From an uncultured Candidatus Saccharibacteria bacterium (GTDB lineage Bacteria > Patescibacteriota > Minisyncoccia > Phycocordibacterales > DSPV01), in assembly GCA_964574355.1 (NCBI GenBank), contig CAZNMD010000004.1:1-53480 (forward strand): a stretch of DNA of 53,480 nt, read 5' to 3'. The notes beneath the pieces were generated by a model. That model ran no database searches. It saw only the letters and a list, made by a program, of their open reading frames with translations, and was not told the DNA's origin. A program made the translations under genes and the position numbers. Each line of letters begins with the position of its first letter. Position 1 is the first letter of the stretch. Of the stretch, positions 33,581 to 41,960 are shown piece after piece.

Positions 33581-35342
33581 GTCATGGATAAAAAGCGTTG
33601 TGGTTTCGGCCACAACGCTTTTTGCCGTTGTGGTGTTACCGTTGTGTTTATTTGCAGCGGGCGCAGATTCTCAGGGTGATGGAGAAGAAATAATTCAATC
33701 GTTCGATTCAGTGATAGAAGTTTTTGATGATCGTCACTCTCGTATTACTGAAACAATTTTGTATGATTTTGGCAGTAATGAACGTCATGGAATTTTTCGA
33801 GATATACCATACAAATATAAGGGCGTAGGCGGTGCAAATGATGAAATTCCACTTTCTGATTTTGAAATTGTGATGGATGGAAAGTCAGTTCCGTTTTCTA
33901 TTTCTAAAAGTGGTGGAAATGTACATGTAAAAATTGGTAATCCAGATGTCGTTATTTTCGGCATTCGTGAGTATGTTATTTCGTACGTAGCGAAAGAGAG
34001 CACAGGATCGTTTGATGGGTACGATGAAATCTATTGGAATGTAACAGGAAACAACTGGACGGTCCCTATTCGTCGAGTGTCTGCTCGTGTAATTTTGCCG
34101 AGAGATATTCCGCCGCCACAAGCTCGGCTTGCTTGTTATTACGGGCCATTTGGTTCACGTGATGGGTGTGCCCCAGACCTTTCCTTATTTAGTAGAACCT
34201 TTAAAGAATTTGATTTCAAAGCACCACGGGAGCTTGAAGCGGGTGAAGGAATGACTGTTGCTGTCGGTTTTCCAAAAGGTATTGTCAAAGAAAAAACAGT
34301 CAGTGAATCAGTTTCGAATTTCGTTACAGTCAACGGTATTGTTGTCTTGCCTCTTATTGTTTTTTTGTTCATGTTTCGTCATTGGCGTCGTTATGGTAAA
34401 GACCCGAAAGGACAAGGTGTTGTGGTGCCAGAATTCGATGTACCGGCAAAACTTTCGTCGCTTGAAATTGTAGGCTTGATGCGTCAAGGTGTTGGAGCTA
34501 ATGATATTTCAGCTGGGCTTATCGAGCTTGCTGTTAAGGGTTATATAAAAATTGAACAGATTGATGAAAAAATTTTAGGAATTATTCCAAAGAAAGAGTA
34601 CAAATTTATCGAGATGAAAGAAAAAGATTCAAATCTTGGTGAACCTGAAAAAGAATTAGTAGAAGCTCTTTTTTCAAAAGGAAAGATAAGCATTCAGGGG
34701 CTTCGTGAGGTAACGTTGTCTGATTTAAAGGATGAGTTTCCTAAAAAATTGGAAATTATAAAAAAGAAAGTTATGGAGTCTTTGATTGATCGGGGTTTGT
34801 ATGAAAAACAACCGTCAAAAGTTATCGGCCCTTATGTGTTGGGCGGAGGAGGTTTCTTCATAGTTGGTCTTTTGCTTTCTGCTATTTTTGAAAACGGTAT
34901 TATTTTTGCAGCCTTTGTGTTTTCCGGCATAGTTGTAATTATCTTTGGTCTTTTTATGCCGAAGGTAACAAAAGAAGGGGCGATTATGAAAGAGCGTATT
35001 TTGGGCTTAAAAGATTATTTACAGATTGCAGAAAAAGATAGATTGAAATTTCATAATGCGCCGGAAAAGCGTCCAGAGATTTTTGAAAAGTTGCTGCCGG
35101 TTGCAATGGCCCTTCATGTTGAAAAGGCGTGGGCAAAAGAATTTGAGGGCATTTATGTACAAAGTCCATCCTGGTATGGAGGATCGCCCGGTCACGTTTT
35201 CAGTGCGGTGGCCTTTACGAATGATATGCATAGTTTTGCGGCTACAACATCAACGACGGTAAGCCCGCATTCAAGTTCTGGTTCTGGTGGAGGAGGTTTT
35301 TCTGGTGGTGGGGGAGGTGGCGGAGGAGGGGGAAGTTGGTAG
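33543..35342 (+). CDS. DUF2207 domain-containing membrane protein (LemA partner) with Gly-rich C-terminal tail
   Basis: ITETILYDFG...HGIFRDIPYKY, IYWNVTGNNW, central TM helices and the tail SGSGGGGFSGGGGGGGGGGSW. Start uncertain (ATG 33543 or GTG 33600). Confidence 0.7.
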   Translation: MKQLKNQLRLVSRSWIKSVVVSATTLFAVVVLPLCLFAAGADSQGDGEEIIQSFDSVIEVFDDRHSRITETILYDFGSNERHGIFRDIPYKYKGVGGANDEIPLSDFEIVMDGKSVPFSISKSGGNVHVKIGNPDVVIFGIREYVISYVAKESTGSFDGYDEIYWNVTGNNWTVPIRRVSARVILPRDIPPPQARLACYYGPFGSRDGCAPDLSLFSRTFKEFDFKAPRELEAGEGMTVAVGFPKGIVKEKTVSESVSNFVTVNGIVVLPLIVFLFMFRHWRRYGKDPKGQGVVVPEFDVPAKLSSLEIVGLMRQGVGANDISAGLIELAVKGYIKIEQIDEKILGIIPKKEYKFIEMKEKDSNLGEPEKELVEALFSKGKISIQGLREVTLSDLKDEFPKKLEIIKKKVMESLIDRGLYEKQPSKVIGPYVLGGGGFFIVGLLLSAIFENGIIFAAFVFSGIVVIIFGLFMPKVTKEGAIMKERILGLKDYLQIAEKDRLKFHNAPEKRPEIFEKLLPVAMALHVEKAWAKEFEGIYVQSPSWYGGSPGHVFSAVAFTNDMHSFAATTSTTVSPHSSSGSGGGGFSGGGGGGGGGGSW

Positions 35343-35389
35343 ATATAAAAAACTGTTTCAAATTTCTTTCTACAGATGTAGTAGATAAG

Positions 35390-35421
35390 AAAACCCCTGT
35401 GCGAATTATTTCGCGCAGGGG
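35390..35421 (-). terminator. Rho-independent terminator (best oriented for the minus-strand gene)
   Basis: 12-bp stem CCCCTGTGCGAA/TTCGCGCAGGGG. On the minus strand it is followed by TTTTCTTAT. Confidence 0.65.
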
Positions 35422-35433
35422 TGTGTTGCCAAG

Positions 35434-35883
35434 TCATTTCGGTCCAAGATAGATAGCTGTTTGGTACAGATCAAGTTGAAGTTTCGATTGTCTTGCTCCA
35501 AAGGTGTGTGTCACCCAGGCCATGCAGTCGACAGTGACACGAAAATCTCCGCGTAAGAGCCTTTGATGATCGACTGCTTGTCTGGCTGTGGAAGATGCGT
35601 ATACGTCTCCGATAGGCAGAGAACATCTTTCCTTGTCCTGAATAGAAGTGAATGGGACCCATGTTTGAATTGTCCAAATACCGTTCACTTCAGAACCGCC
35701 TTTTTTGTCCCAGTCGATGGTGCTTGTACCATGAAGTGCAAGGTGTTCGATCTGGTGGCGAACGAAATCGCGTGATAGCGGTTCGTTTTCGCCGAGCATG
35801 TCGTAACGCCGAGCAAGAGTCGTGACAACCGTTTTGATCCAAGGGTATTTGGAAATCATTTTTCTATATTCGTTCCACTTCAC
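35434..35883 (-). CDS. Orphan hypothetical protein (149 aa)
   Basis: GTG start at 35883, preceded by AAAGGAGG at 6-nt spacing. The ORF-track extension to 36000 lacks an RBS. No recognised domain. Confidence 0.5.
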   Translation of the reverse strand: MKWNEYRKMISKYPWIKTVVTTLARRYDMLGENEPLSRDFVRHQIEHLALHGTSTIDWDKKGGSEVNGIWTIQTWVPFTSIQDKERCSLPIGDVYASSTARQAVDHQRLLRGDFRVTVDCMAWVTHTFGARQSKLQLDLYQTAIYLGPK

Positions 35884-36017
35884 AGAAACCTCCTTTGTCT
35901 CAAAGGACTTTGGGTTTAGGAACTTAGGGTGAACCCTTCCTATCAACAATAATACAATATAATTTATATACGTCAAGTATTCTTCATACTCTATTCCCAA
36001 TACTATATACTTCTTCT

Positions 36018-36911
36018 ATGGCCACATTGTATACACAACAGTCATCGAATATTTTAAAAACCTGGGGGCTACTTGGTGTTTTTCTCGTCATTATTATTGC
36101 GTTTGGATTCTTTCTTTCACAGTATTTTGGTGATTCTAGTATTTTGTATATTGCTATCGTCTTTGCTCTGCTCACCAATGTTGTGAGTTATTGGTCGAGC
36201 GACAAAATTGCGCTTTCACTTTCACGAGCAAAAGAATTACCTGATGCATTCGATCCAGAACTTCATAATATTGTTGAAAATTTGGCGATTACAGCCGGTT
36301 TACCAAAACCTCGACTTTACATAATAGAAGATTCGGCACCAAACGCTTTTGCAACGGGTCGTAATAAAGAACATGCAGCAATTGCTGTGACAACTGGGTT
36401 GCGCGCTATGCTTACTCGTTCAGAGTTAGAAGGAGTTATTGCTCACGAGCTTGCACATATTGGTAACCGAGATATTTTGATTTCAACTGTTGTTGTTGTG
36501 TTGGCTGGAGTTATTTCAATCGCTTCTGATTTTGCGTTGCGTACGATGTTTTGGGGAGGGGACCGTGACCGAAAAGGTCATCCTGCCGTGTTATTGATTG
36601 GATTATTTTTTATTATTCTTGCACCATTTGCCGCAACACTTGTACGTTTGGCAGTTTCTCGGAGAAGAGAATTCTTGGCGGACGCGACAGGTGCACTTAT
36701 GACGCGCTATCCAGAAGGACTAGCCTCCGCTCTTCAAAAGATTAGTGGCTATGGTGCTTCAATGAGAAGTGCCAATAATGCAACTGCCCACCTTTTTATT
36801 TCAAATCCGTTTGGTGCTCGAGCGGTAAAAGGTATGGCACATTTGTTCATGACTCATCCGCCAGTGGAGGCCAGAATAAAGGCACTTTTAGGAAACGATA
36901 AGGTGGAATAG
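36018..36911 (+). CDS. htpX: Zinc metalloprotease HtpX (M48)
   Basis: PNAFATGRN, HELAHIGNRD, EFLADATGA and THPPVEARI. Confidence 0.9.
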   Translation: MATLYTQQSSNILKTWGLLGVFLVIIIAFGFFLSQYFGDSSILYIAIVFALLTNVVSYWSSDKIALSLSRAKELPDAFDPELHNIVENLAITAGLPKPRLYIIEDSAPNAFATGRNKEHAAIAVTTGLRAMLTRSELEGVIAHELAHIGNRDILISTVVVVLAGVISIASDFALRTMFWGGDRDRKGHPAVLLIGLFFIILAPFAATLVRLAVSRRREFLADATGALMTRYPEGLASALQKISGYGASMRSANNATAHLFISNPFGARAVKGMAHLFMTHPPVEARIKALLGNDKVE

Positions 36912-36915
36912 TGAA

Positions 36916-37206
36916 ATGAAATTCTTGCAAAAATGGCCGTACTGGGTACGAGGTGGAGTGATTGGAGGCGGAATTGCTTTTCTTTCTGGGTTGGTATCTT
37001 GTGGATCCCCAACTATTTTTTGTTACGCTGTCTCAATTCCTAGTTGGCCACTCTTTCCTTTTCTTCCTTTACTTATCTCGTTTATAGATGAGTATCCAAA
37101 ACTATCAGTTATTGGTTTGACCGTCTTAATTGTTGTATTATGGTTCCTCATCGGTTCTTTTATTGGCTATCTTGTTGGATTGAATAAAAAAAGAGCCCAC
37201 CTGTAG
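36916..37206 (+). CDS. Small 2-3 TM membrane protein, paralog A (KWPYWxRGGVI family)
   Basis: Starts 5 nt after the htpX stop with an AAGGTGGA RBS. Shares KWPYW(V/L)RGGVI...W(F)(L/V)IGSF(I/L)G..VG..KK(R/K)AH with the next ORF. Confidence 0.55.
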   Translation: MKFLQKWPYWVRGGVIGGGIAFLSGLVSCGSPTIFCYAVSIPSWPLFPFLPLLISFIDEYPKLSVIGLTVLIVVLWFLIGSFIGYLVGLNKKRAHL

Positions 37207-37319
37207 GGTGAACTCTTTGCGACTCCATAAAGAACTATGGAGAAACCGCTCGATAGAATCGAGATGTTGTGTTGATAATCAATAACAATCTTTGTCATAA
37301 GTGCTAGAATAAACTCATT

Positions 37320-37625
37320 ATGATTTGGACCAAATGGCCTTATTGGTTAAGGGGAGGGGTAATCGCTGCGGGGATTGGCGCGCTTTTAACGTATGCGGAT
37401 TTACGCTGCATGAATTCTGTTCCAGAAGGAGCAGCTCTCGCTGATTTAAAGTGTATCTTTACCAATTGGCCAGCATGGCCTCTTCAGATCATTTTGCATG
37501 ATACGTGGAATCTTTTTTCCACGAGCTACTACGTCGCTTATATCTCGCTTATTTGGTTCGTTATTGGTAGTTTTTTGGGAATGATCGTAGGTTATTTCAA
37601 GAAAAAAGCCCACTCCGTAGAGTGA
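37320..37625 (+). CDS. Small membrane protein, paralog B (KWPYWxRGGVI family)
   Basis: Same N- and C-terminal motifs as 36916-37206. Confidence 0.55.
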   Translation: MIWTKWPYWLRGGVIAAGIGALLTYADLRCMNSVPEGAALADLKCIFTNWPAWPLQIILHDTWNLFSTSYYVAYISLIWFVIGSFLGMIVGYFKKKAHSVE

Positions 37626-37646
37626 GCTTTTGAAAGGACTACTGAA

Positions 37647-39899
37647 TTACCGAACCGAAGCCCGGTAGAATTGATACGAGCTGTTTTTTGGCGATATGCC
37701 TTGAAACCGAACTGTGCCGTTTGTGTTCACAAGAATCGATACTGTTTCCCAACTGATAAGGTTGGTTGAGACTTCGGCTAGATAGACGTGATCTTTCGGT
37801 CCGACGAGTTCAAACAGGAGTGTTTCGTCATTTTCCTTCTGTATAAACGATAAGGAAAATTCCTGTGGTAAACCAAGAAAACCAATAGATACGTTTGTGA
37901 TTAGTATAGTTGATTGTATTTCTGAGAATCTGTCGAGTCTGAAACCAAGGCTATGTGAGTTTTTATTTACAGTGTTCGGTAATCCGAAAGAGTACTCATG
38001 TGTACCTGGAACAACGACTCGCTGATCAATGTGTCCAATTTGGTTTGTGTCCCAGTAAATAGTCAAGAGACCTTGCACATTACTATCACCTGTAAACATT
38101 GCCTCGAAAGAGATAATGTTCACAGGTTTGTCAGTTTGAATCGGTACAGAGCACCATATCGGAGATGCTGTTGTCATGTTAATCGAATTGATCCCATGAA
38201 TAATAATTTCCCCGGTCCGACTTTTTATAAAGTCAGCTACCGTGAAGTCCGGTTTTGTAACGGTGGTTACCGTTAGGATTGAATCAGGTGTATTGCACAC
38301 CAGGTCGCTACTCCCTAGAATCTTAGTTTCACTGCCGTTGATTTTGGTTGGAAACTGTGATGGTAAGTTTTCCCAACGACCCGCTTCTTTGCTTAGATGG
38401 AAGCCGTACCCAAGGTATTCGGCTGGTGGATTTTGAGAAATACTTTTCAGGTAGAATTCGTGTGGCCATTCGTGGGACGATTTAACTTGATAGCATATTT
38501 TTGATACATCGCCAGATGGCGTTGAGTATGTGACCGTAACGGGTACTCGGTTTGGGTCAATGTATGTAACCTCAATGTTATGAGCCTGTTCGAGAAGGCT
38601 TGCGGTACGGCTGATCAGTGGATCAAAGGTTTCATTGTCCACTGCGAAATAATGGTCAGACCAATCCGAATACATACCAAGTTTTTTGGCTCCGTCATAT
38701 TTCCACCAGCCAACATACGGATCTAAGAACGTAGTGTGTATTTCCGGTATGGGTAATGATTCTCGGAAGGAGACCATTTTTTCGAGCGCGGCTTGATTAA
38801 GAGCACAACCCGCACTGTGGCCAATAAAATGGATATGATTCCATCTGGCTAAGCCTAGGTGAATTCCCAGATTATTTCCCTCGTCGGATGCGTTGTGTAG
38901 GAGTGTGCCCGTGATGGTTTCCTGTAATGTTGTCCACGCTCTGTCTGGCCATTTATGAGCGTGTACTTGCCAAGTGGTCAAACCATTGGTATTTAGGTAT
39001 GAGGTGATGGCGTTTGTCATCTCGTCTACCCAATTAGCGATTGATGGAGACATTTGGTCGGACAACTTACGAATCCTCCCATGCGTCACTACAATCAGAT
39101 TTTCCTTGCCCGGTTTTTTGACCGGCGGAGGACTGTAGGTTGGTTGCGTTGGGGTGACTGTAGCTATCGGAGGATCTGGTTCCACCGGCGTATTATTCAT
39201 TACCGCCCGAATTTCTGCCGAGGTGAGAGCCCGATTGTATATTCGCACGTCGTCAATGAGCCCATTAAAAGACGAAGATAGGGTTTTATCATTTCCAATA
39301 GAAACATTAGTTGAATCTGTTCCAATAGCTCCCGTCATAGGAGAAACACCTGCCGGCAAGGCATTCACATAAAAGCGAACACTCGAGCCATCATACGTAA
39401 CAGCTACATGTTGCCACGTATTTGTTGTTATAACAGATACATTCGATTCAATATCTGTACTATTTATAGTAATAATCATATCTTCACTCGAGCCATTCAA
39501 ATACCAAAGATAAGATGTTAAATATTCTTTCTCGACTATAGTAGCTACACTACTTCCATAAGTACGTGGTTTTACCCACGCCACCATGCTTATCTCGCTC
39601 GTTGGGTTTAGACTAGAGTCATTGCCAACATTTATGTGCTCTGGGCCAGAGCCATCAAGGTCGAGTGCGGTACCAACATGTCCGGCGACCCAATCAGACT
39701 CTTCCATGTTAACCAGGATCCCGTTGTTTTCTTGACCGGAATAATCACGAGCCAATGCTCCACTACCTTCGTCGAAACGCCACCAGCCGACAAGTCCGTT
39801 TGTAACATAGGTTTGTGGTACTACGGCCTCTAGGGATACGGCGAAATTCACCCGCTCGATCAAAAGACCAGCGAGTACTAAGACATGCATGATTTTCAT
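37647..39899 (-). CDS. Secreted multidomain protein: LamG/concanavalin-like lectin domain, Pro-rich linker, alpha/beta-hydrolase (lipase-like) domain, C-terminal beta-rich domains
   Basis: Signal peptide. LVGWWRFDEGSG...DYSG..NNG...WVAGHVGTALDLDG...FNGLIDDVRIYNRALTSAEI (Laminin_G_3-like). Nucleophile elbow HFIGHSAGC (GxSxG). The C-terminus ends ...SSYQFYRASVR. Confidence 0.65.
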   Translation of the reverse strand: MKIMHVLVLAGLLIERVNFAVSLEAVVPQTYVTNGLVGWWRFDEGSGALARDYSGQENNGILVNMEESDWVAGHVGTALDLDGSGPEHINVGNDSSLNPTSEISMVAWVKPRTYGSSVATIVEKEYLTSYLWYLNGSSEDMIITINSTDIESNVSVITTNTWQHVAVTYDGSSVRFYVNALPAGVSPMTGAIGTDSTNVSIGNDKTLSSSFNGLIDDVRIYNRALTSAEIRAVMNNTPVEPDPPIATVTPTQPTYSPPPVKKPGKENLIVVTHGRIRKLSDQMSPSIANWVDEMTNAITSYLNTNGLTTWQVHAHKWPDRAWTTLQETITGTLLHNASDEGNNLGIHLGLARWNHIHFIGHSAGCALNQAALEKMVSFRESLPIPEIHTTFLDPYVGWWKYDGAKKLGMYSDWSDHYFAVDNETFDPLISRTASLLEQAHNIEVTYIDPNRVPVTVTYSTPSGDVSKICYQVKSSHEWPHEFYLKSISQNPPAEYLGYGFHLSKEAGRWENLPSQFPTKINGSETKILGSSDLVCNTPDSILTVTTVTKPDFTVADFIKSRTGEIIIHGINSINMTTASPIWCSVPIQTDKPVNIISFEAMFTGDSNVQGLLTIYWDTNQIGHIDQRVVVPGTHEYSFGLPNTVNKNSHSLGFRLDRFSEIQSTILITNVSIGFLGLPQEFSLSFIQKENDETLLFELVGPKDHVYLAEVSTNLISWETVSILVNTNGTVRFQGISPKNSSYQFYRASVR

Positions 39900-40192
39900 T
39901 ACTATTCCTTTTTTGTTTTGTTTGTTTTGATTTTGAACACGTATTCTGTTTTCAAAAAACAGGTTTCTAAAGTTAATTATAACACATATTTTTTACTATT
40001 TCTAGAGAGAAGTAATTCTTTCATATTACAACCGCAGCACCCTTTCTTATTTTTTTGCTATAGAAACGTTAATTAAATTTTATTTAATTGATGCCCTATT
40101 TTGCCCAGAGGGTCTATAAAGGCAAGCGTTTTCTGTTGGTAATACGATAAATATATATTGACAAACGATAAGTACGAAATTAAGATAAAGGT

Positions 40193-40678
40193 ATGAAAAA
40201 AAGCTCAACAATATTTCTTCAGGTGGTTATTGTACTCTTTGGCATTGGCACACTTATTCTTATGCTTTGGGAACCGCATCTGGAAGGTCGGAATGTGAAT
40301 GCCACGCTCTTTGAGATTTATTTCAAGGATCCATTTTTGGCATATGCATACACGGCATCTATTGCCTTTTTTGTCGCGCTCTATCAGTCATTCAAGTTGT
40401 TGGGATACATAGGACGAAACCAGGTATTTTCAGAAGAGTCTGTGAAAGCTTTACGGACTATAAAATACTGCGCAATGACTCTTGTTGCTTTTATTGTCGG
40501 AGCGGAAGGATACCTCTTTTTTGTTCAACGCCAAGTGGAGGAGGACATTGCAGGTGGCGTTATGATGGGTCTCGTTATGATTTTTATTTCTGTTGTTGTC
40601 GCTACTGCCGCAGCTGTGTTTGAAAAACTTTTACAAAAAGCTGTAGAAATGAAATCAGAAAATGATTTAACGGTATAA
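40193..40678 (+). CDS. DUF2975-like 4-TM membrane protein
   Basis: 161 aa with four hydrophobic helices, directly upstream of a YozG-type HTH gene, which is the usual gene pair. Confidence 0.5.
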   Translation: MKKSSTIFLQVVIVLFGIGTLILMLWEPHLEGRNVNATLFEIYFKDPFLAYAYTASIAFFVALYQSFKLLGYIGRNQVFSEESVKALRTIKYCAMTLVAFIVGAEGYLFFVQRQVEEDIAGGVMMGLVMIFISVVVATAAAVFEKLLQKAVEMKSENDLTV

Positions 40679-40752
40679 AAACTTGTCCCGTTAGAAATTC
40701 AGCGGGATATCGACAACAATTTTAAAGGTTAATAATTTAAATTTCTAACGGG

Positions 40753-40956
40753 ATGGCAATCATTATTAACATTGACGTCATGCTGGCGAAGCGCAAAATG
40801 AGTGTCACCGAGCTCACAGATAAAGTCGGCATTACGATGGCCAACATTTCTGTCTTGAAAAATGGCAAAGCAAAAGCAATCCGATTTGGAACATTAGAGG
40901 CGATTTGCAAAGCGCTCCAATGCCAGCCGGGAGATATTTTAGAGTATAAAAAGTAA
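40753..40956 (+). CDS. YozG-like XRE-family helix-turn-helix transcriptional regulator (67 aa)
   Basis: IIINIDVMLAKRKMSVTELTDKVGITMANISVLKNGKAKAIRFGTLEAICKALQCQPGDILEY. Confidence 0.8.
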   Translation: MAIIINIDVMLAKRKMSVTELTDKVGITMANISVLKNGKAKAIRFGTLEAICKALQCQPGDILEYKK

Positions 40957-41023
40957 CGAACCATTTTTTCTGCTTCCAAAAGGATGGGTTTAAGCCTATA
41001 ATCGGCAAACAGTTTATATGTAA

Positions 41024-41110
41024 GGAGAGATGCCAGAGCGGTCGAATGGGCCACCCTGGAAAGGTGGTATATCCGAAAGGGTATCGAGGGTTCGAATCCC
41101 TCTCTCTCCG
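41024..41110 (+). tRNA. tRNA-Ser (anticodon GGA), type II with long variable arm; CCA not encoded
   Basis: Acceptor GGAGAGA/TCTCTCC. Anticodon stem CCACC/GGTGG with loop CTGGAAA. Variable arm ATATCC-GAAA-GGGTAT. T arm GAGGG-TTCGAAT-CCCTC. Confidence 0.9.
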
Positions 41111-41245
41111 CAGCGAACGAAGTGAGCGAAGGAGAGAAGCGAAAAAACTTTTTCACAAAATAATAAAAAGCCACCCGACATTGCTGCCGGGTGGGGTTTG
41201 GCTGCTTCAGAACAGAAGAGCCTCCTTGACCGATGGGATGGGTGG

Positions 41246-41371
41246 TCAGGAGCCGTCGTTCTGCTGGAGCACGCCGGTGGCCAGGTGATTCGCGAGGGCG
41301 GTGACGTTCGCCGTGATCTTCGGGGCGATGGAGGTCTTCAGTGCGACAGCGATGGCATTCGGATCGTTCAT
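41246..41371 (-). CDS. 41-codon ORF inside a high-GC patch (MNDPNAIAVALKTSIAPKITANVTALANHLATGVLQQNDGS)
   Basis: My own translation. Nearly every third codon position is G or C, unlike the rest of the window. Followed on the minus strand by hairpin CCACCCG/CGGGTGG and then CTTTTTATTATTTT. Confidence 0.3.
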   Translation of the reverse strand: MNDPNAIAVALKTSIAPKITANVTALANHLATGVLQQNDGS

Positions 41372-41639
41372 GGTGTCCCTGGTGGTTTTTGGTTTTTTGC
41401 GTGTTCCGGTGCTGTACCTCTCCCTGGAGAGTTTTGCTGCACCGTTCCATTGAAGATAGTAGCGAAGTCTTATTAAGTAGTCAAGTTAGCTATACCTGGG
41501 CTGTGTATATCTAAGATTGAGGGGTTAGCTCTATAGAGCCGTCATTTTATCTTTACGTTGTTTTATTAGATTGGTCTAGAGCAGAAAATATATAAAATGG
41601 TAGTATAGGGGGGCAGTTTTAATTAGCTATTAAAAAAGT

Positions 41640-41900
41640 ATGGCAAAAGAAAAGAGCAATGCAGCGTTCATGAAGCCTTGGAAGTTAAGTGCCGATTTGG
41701 AGGCGGTTGTTGGTAAAGGCCCAATGGCCCGATCAGAAGTTACCAAGCAGATTTGGGTTTACATTAAAGCAAACAATCTTCAAGATCCAAACGATAAGCG
41801 CACGATTCTTGCAGATGAAAAACTTAAGAAAGTGTTTGGTGTTGATAAGGTGGGTATGTTGAAGATGGCAGGTCTTATTTCAAAACACCTCTCAGCATAA
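41640..41900 (+). CDS. SWIB/MDM2 domain protein
   Basis: FMKPWKLSADLEAVVGKGPMARSEVTKQIWVYIKANNLQDPNDKRTILADEKLKKVFG. Confidence 0.8.
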   Translation: MAKEKSNAAFMKPWKLSADLEAVVGKGPMARSEVTKQIWVYIKANNLQDPNDKRTILADEKLKKVFGVDKVGMLKMAGLISKHLSA

Positions 41901-41926
41901 ATTCTGGTTCCACAATATAAGCTTTG

Positions 41927-41960
41927 ATATCAAATGCGCCTTAAGAGGCGCATTTGATAT
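41927..41960. terminator. 14-bp hairpin between convergent genes (overlaps the stop of the minus-strand gene)
   Basis: ATATCAAATGCGCC ttaaga GGCGCATTTGATAT. No clear U tract on either side. Confidence 0.4.

Noticed and set aside
39900-40192. Long AT-rich intergenic region with TTTTG-type periodic T-runs
   Set aside because: It is most simply a divergent promoter region of curved AT-rich DNA between the LamG gene and the DUF2975 gene. I found no repeats, ORF or RNA structure in it.
40737-41450. 237-aa minus-strand ORF from the track
   Set aside because: It runs antisense through the YozG-like HTH gene and straight across tRNA-Ser. Its translation is low-complexity His/Arg/Pro-rich. It is an artefact of the high-GC patch plus antisense reading.
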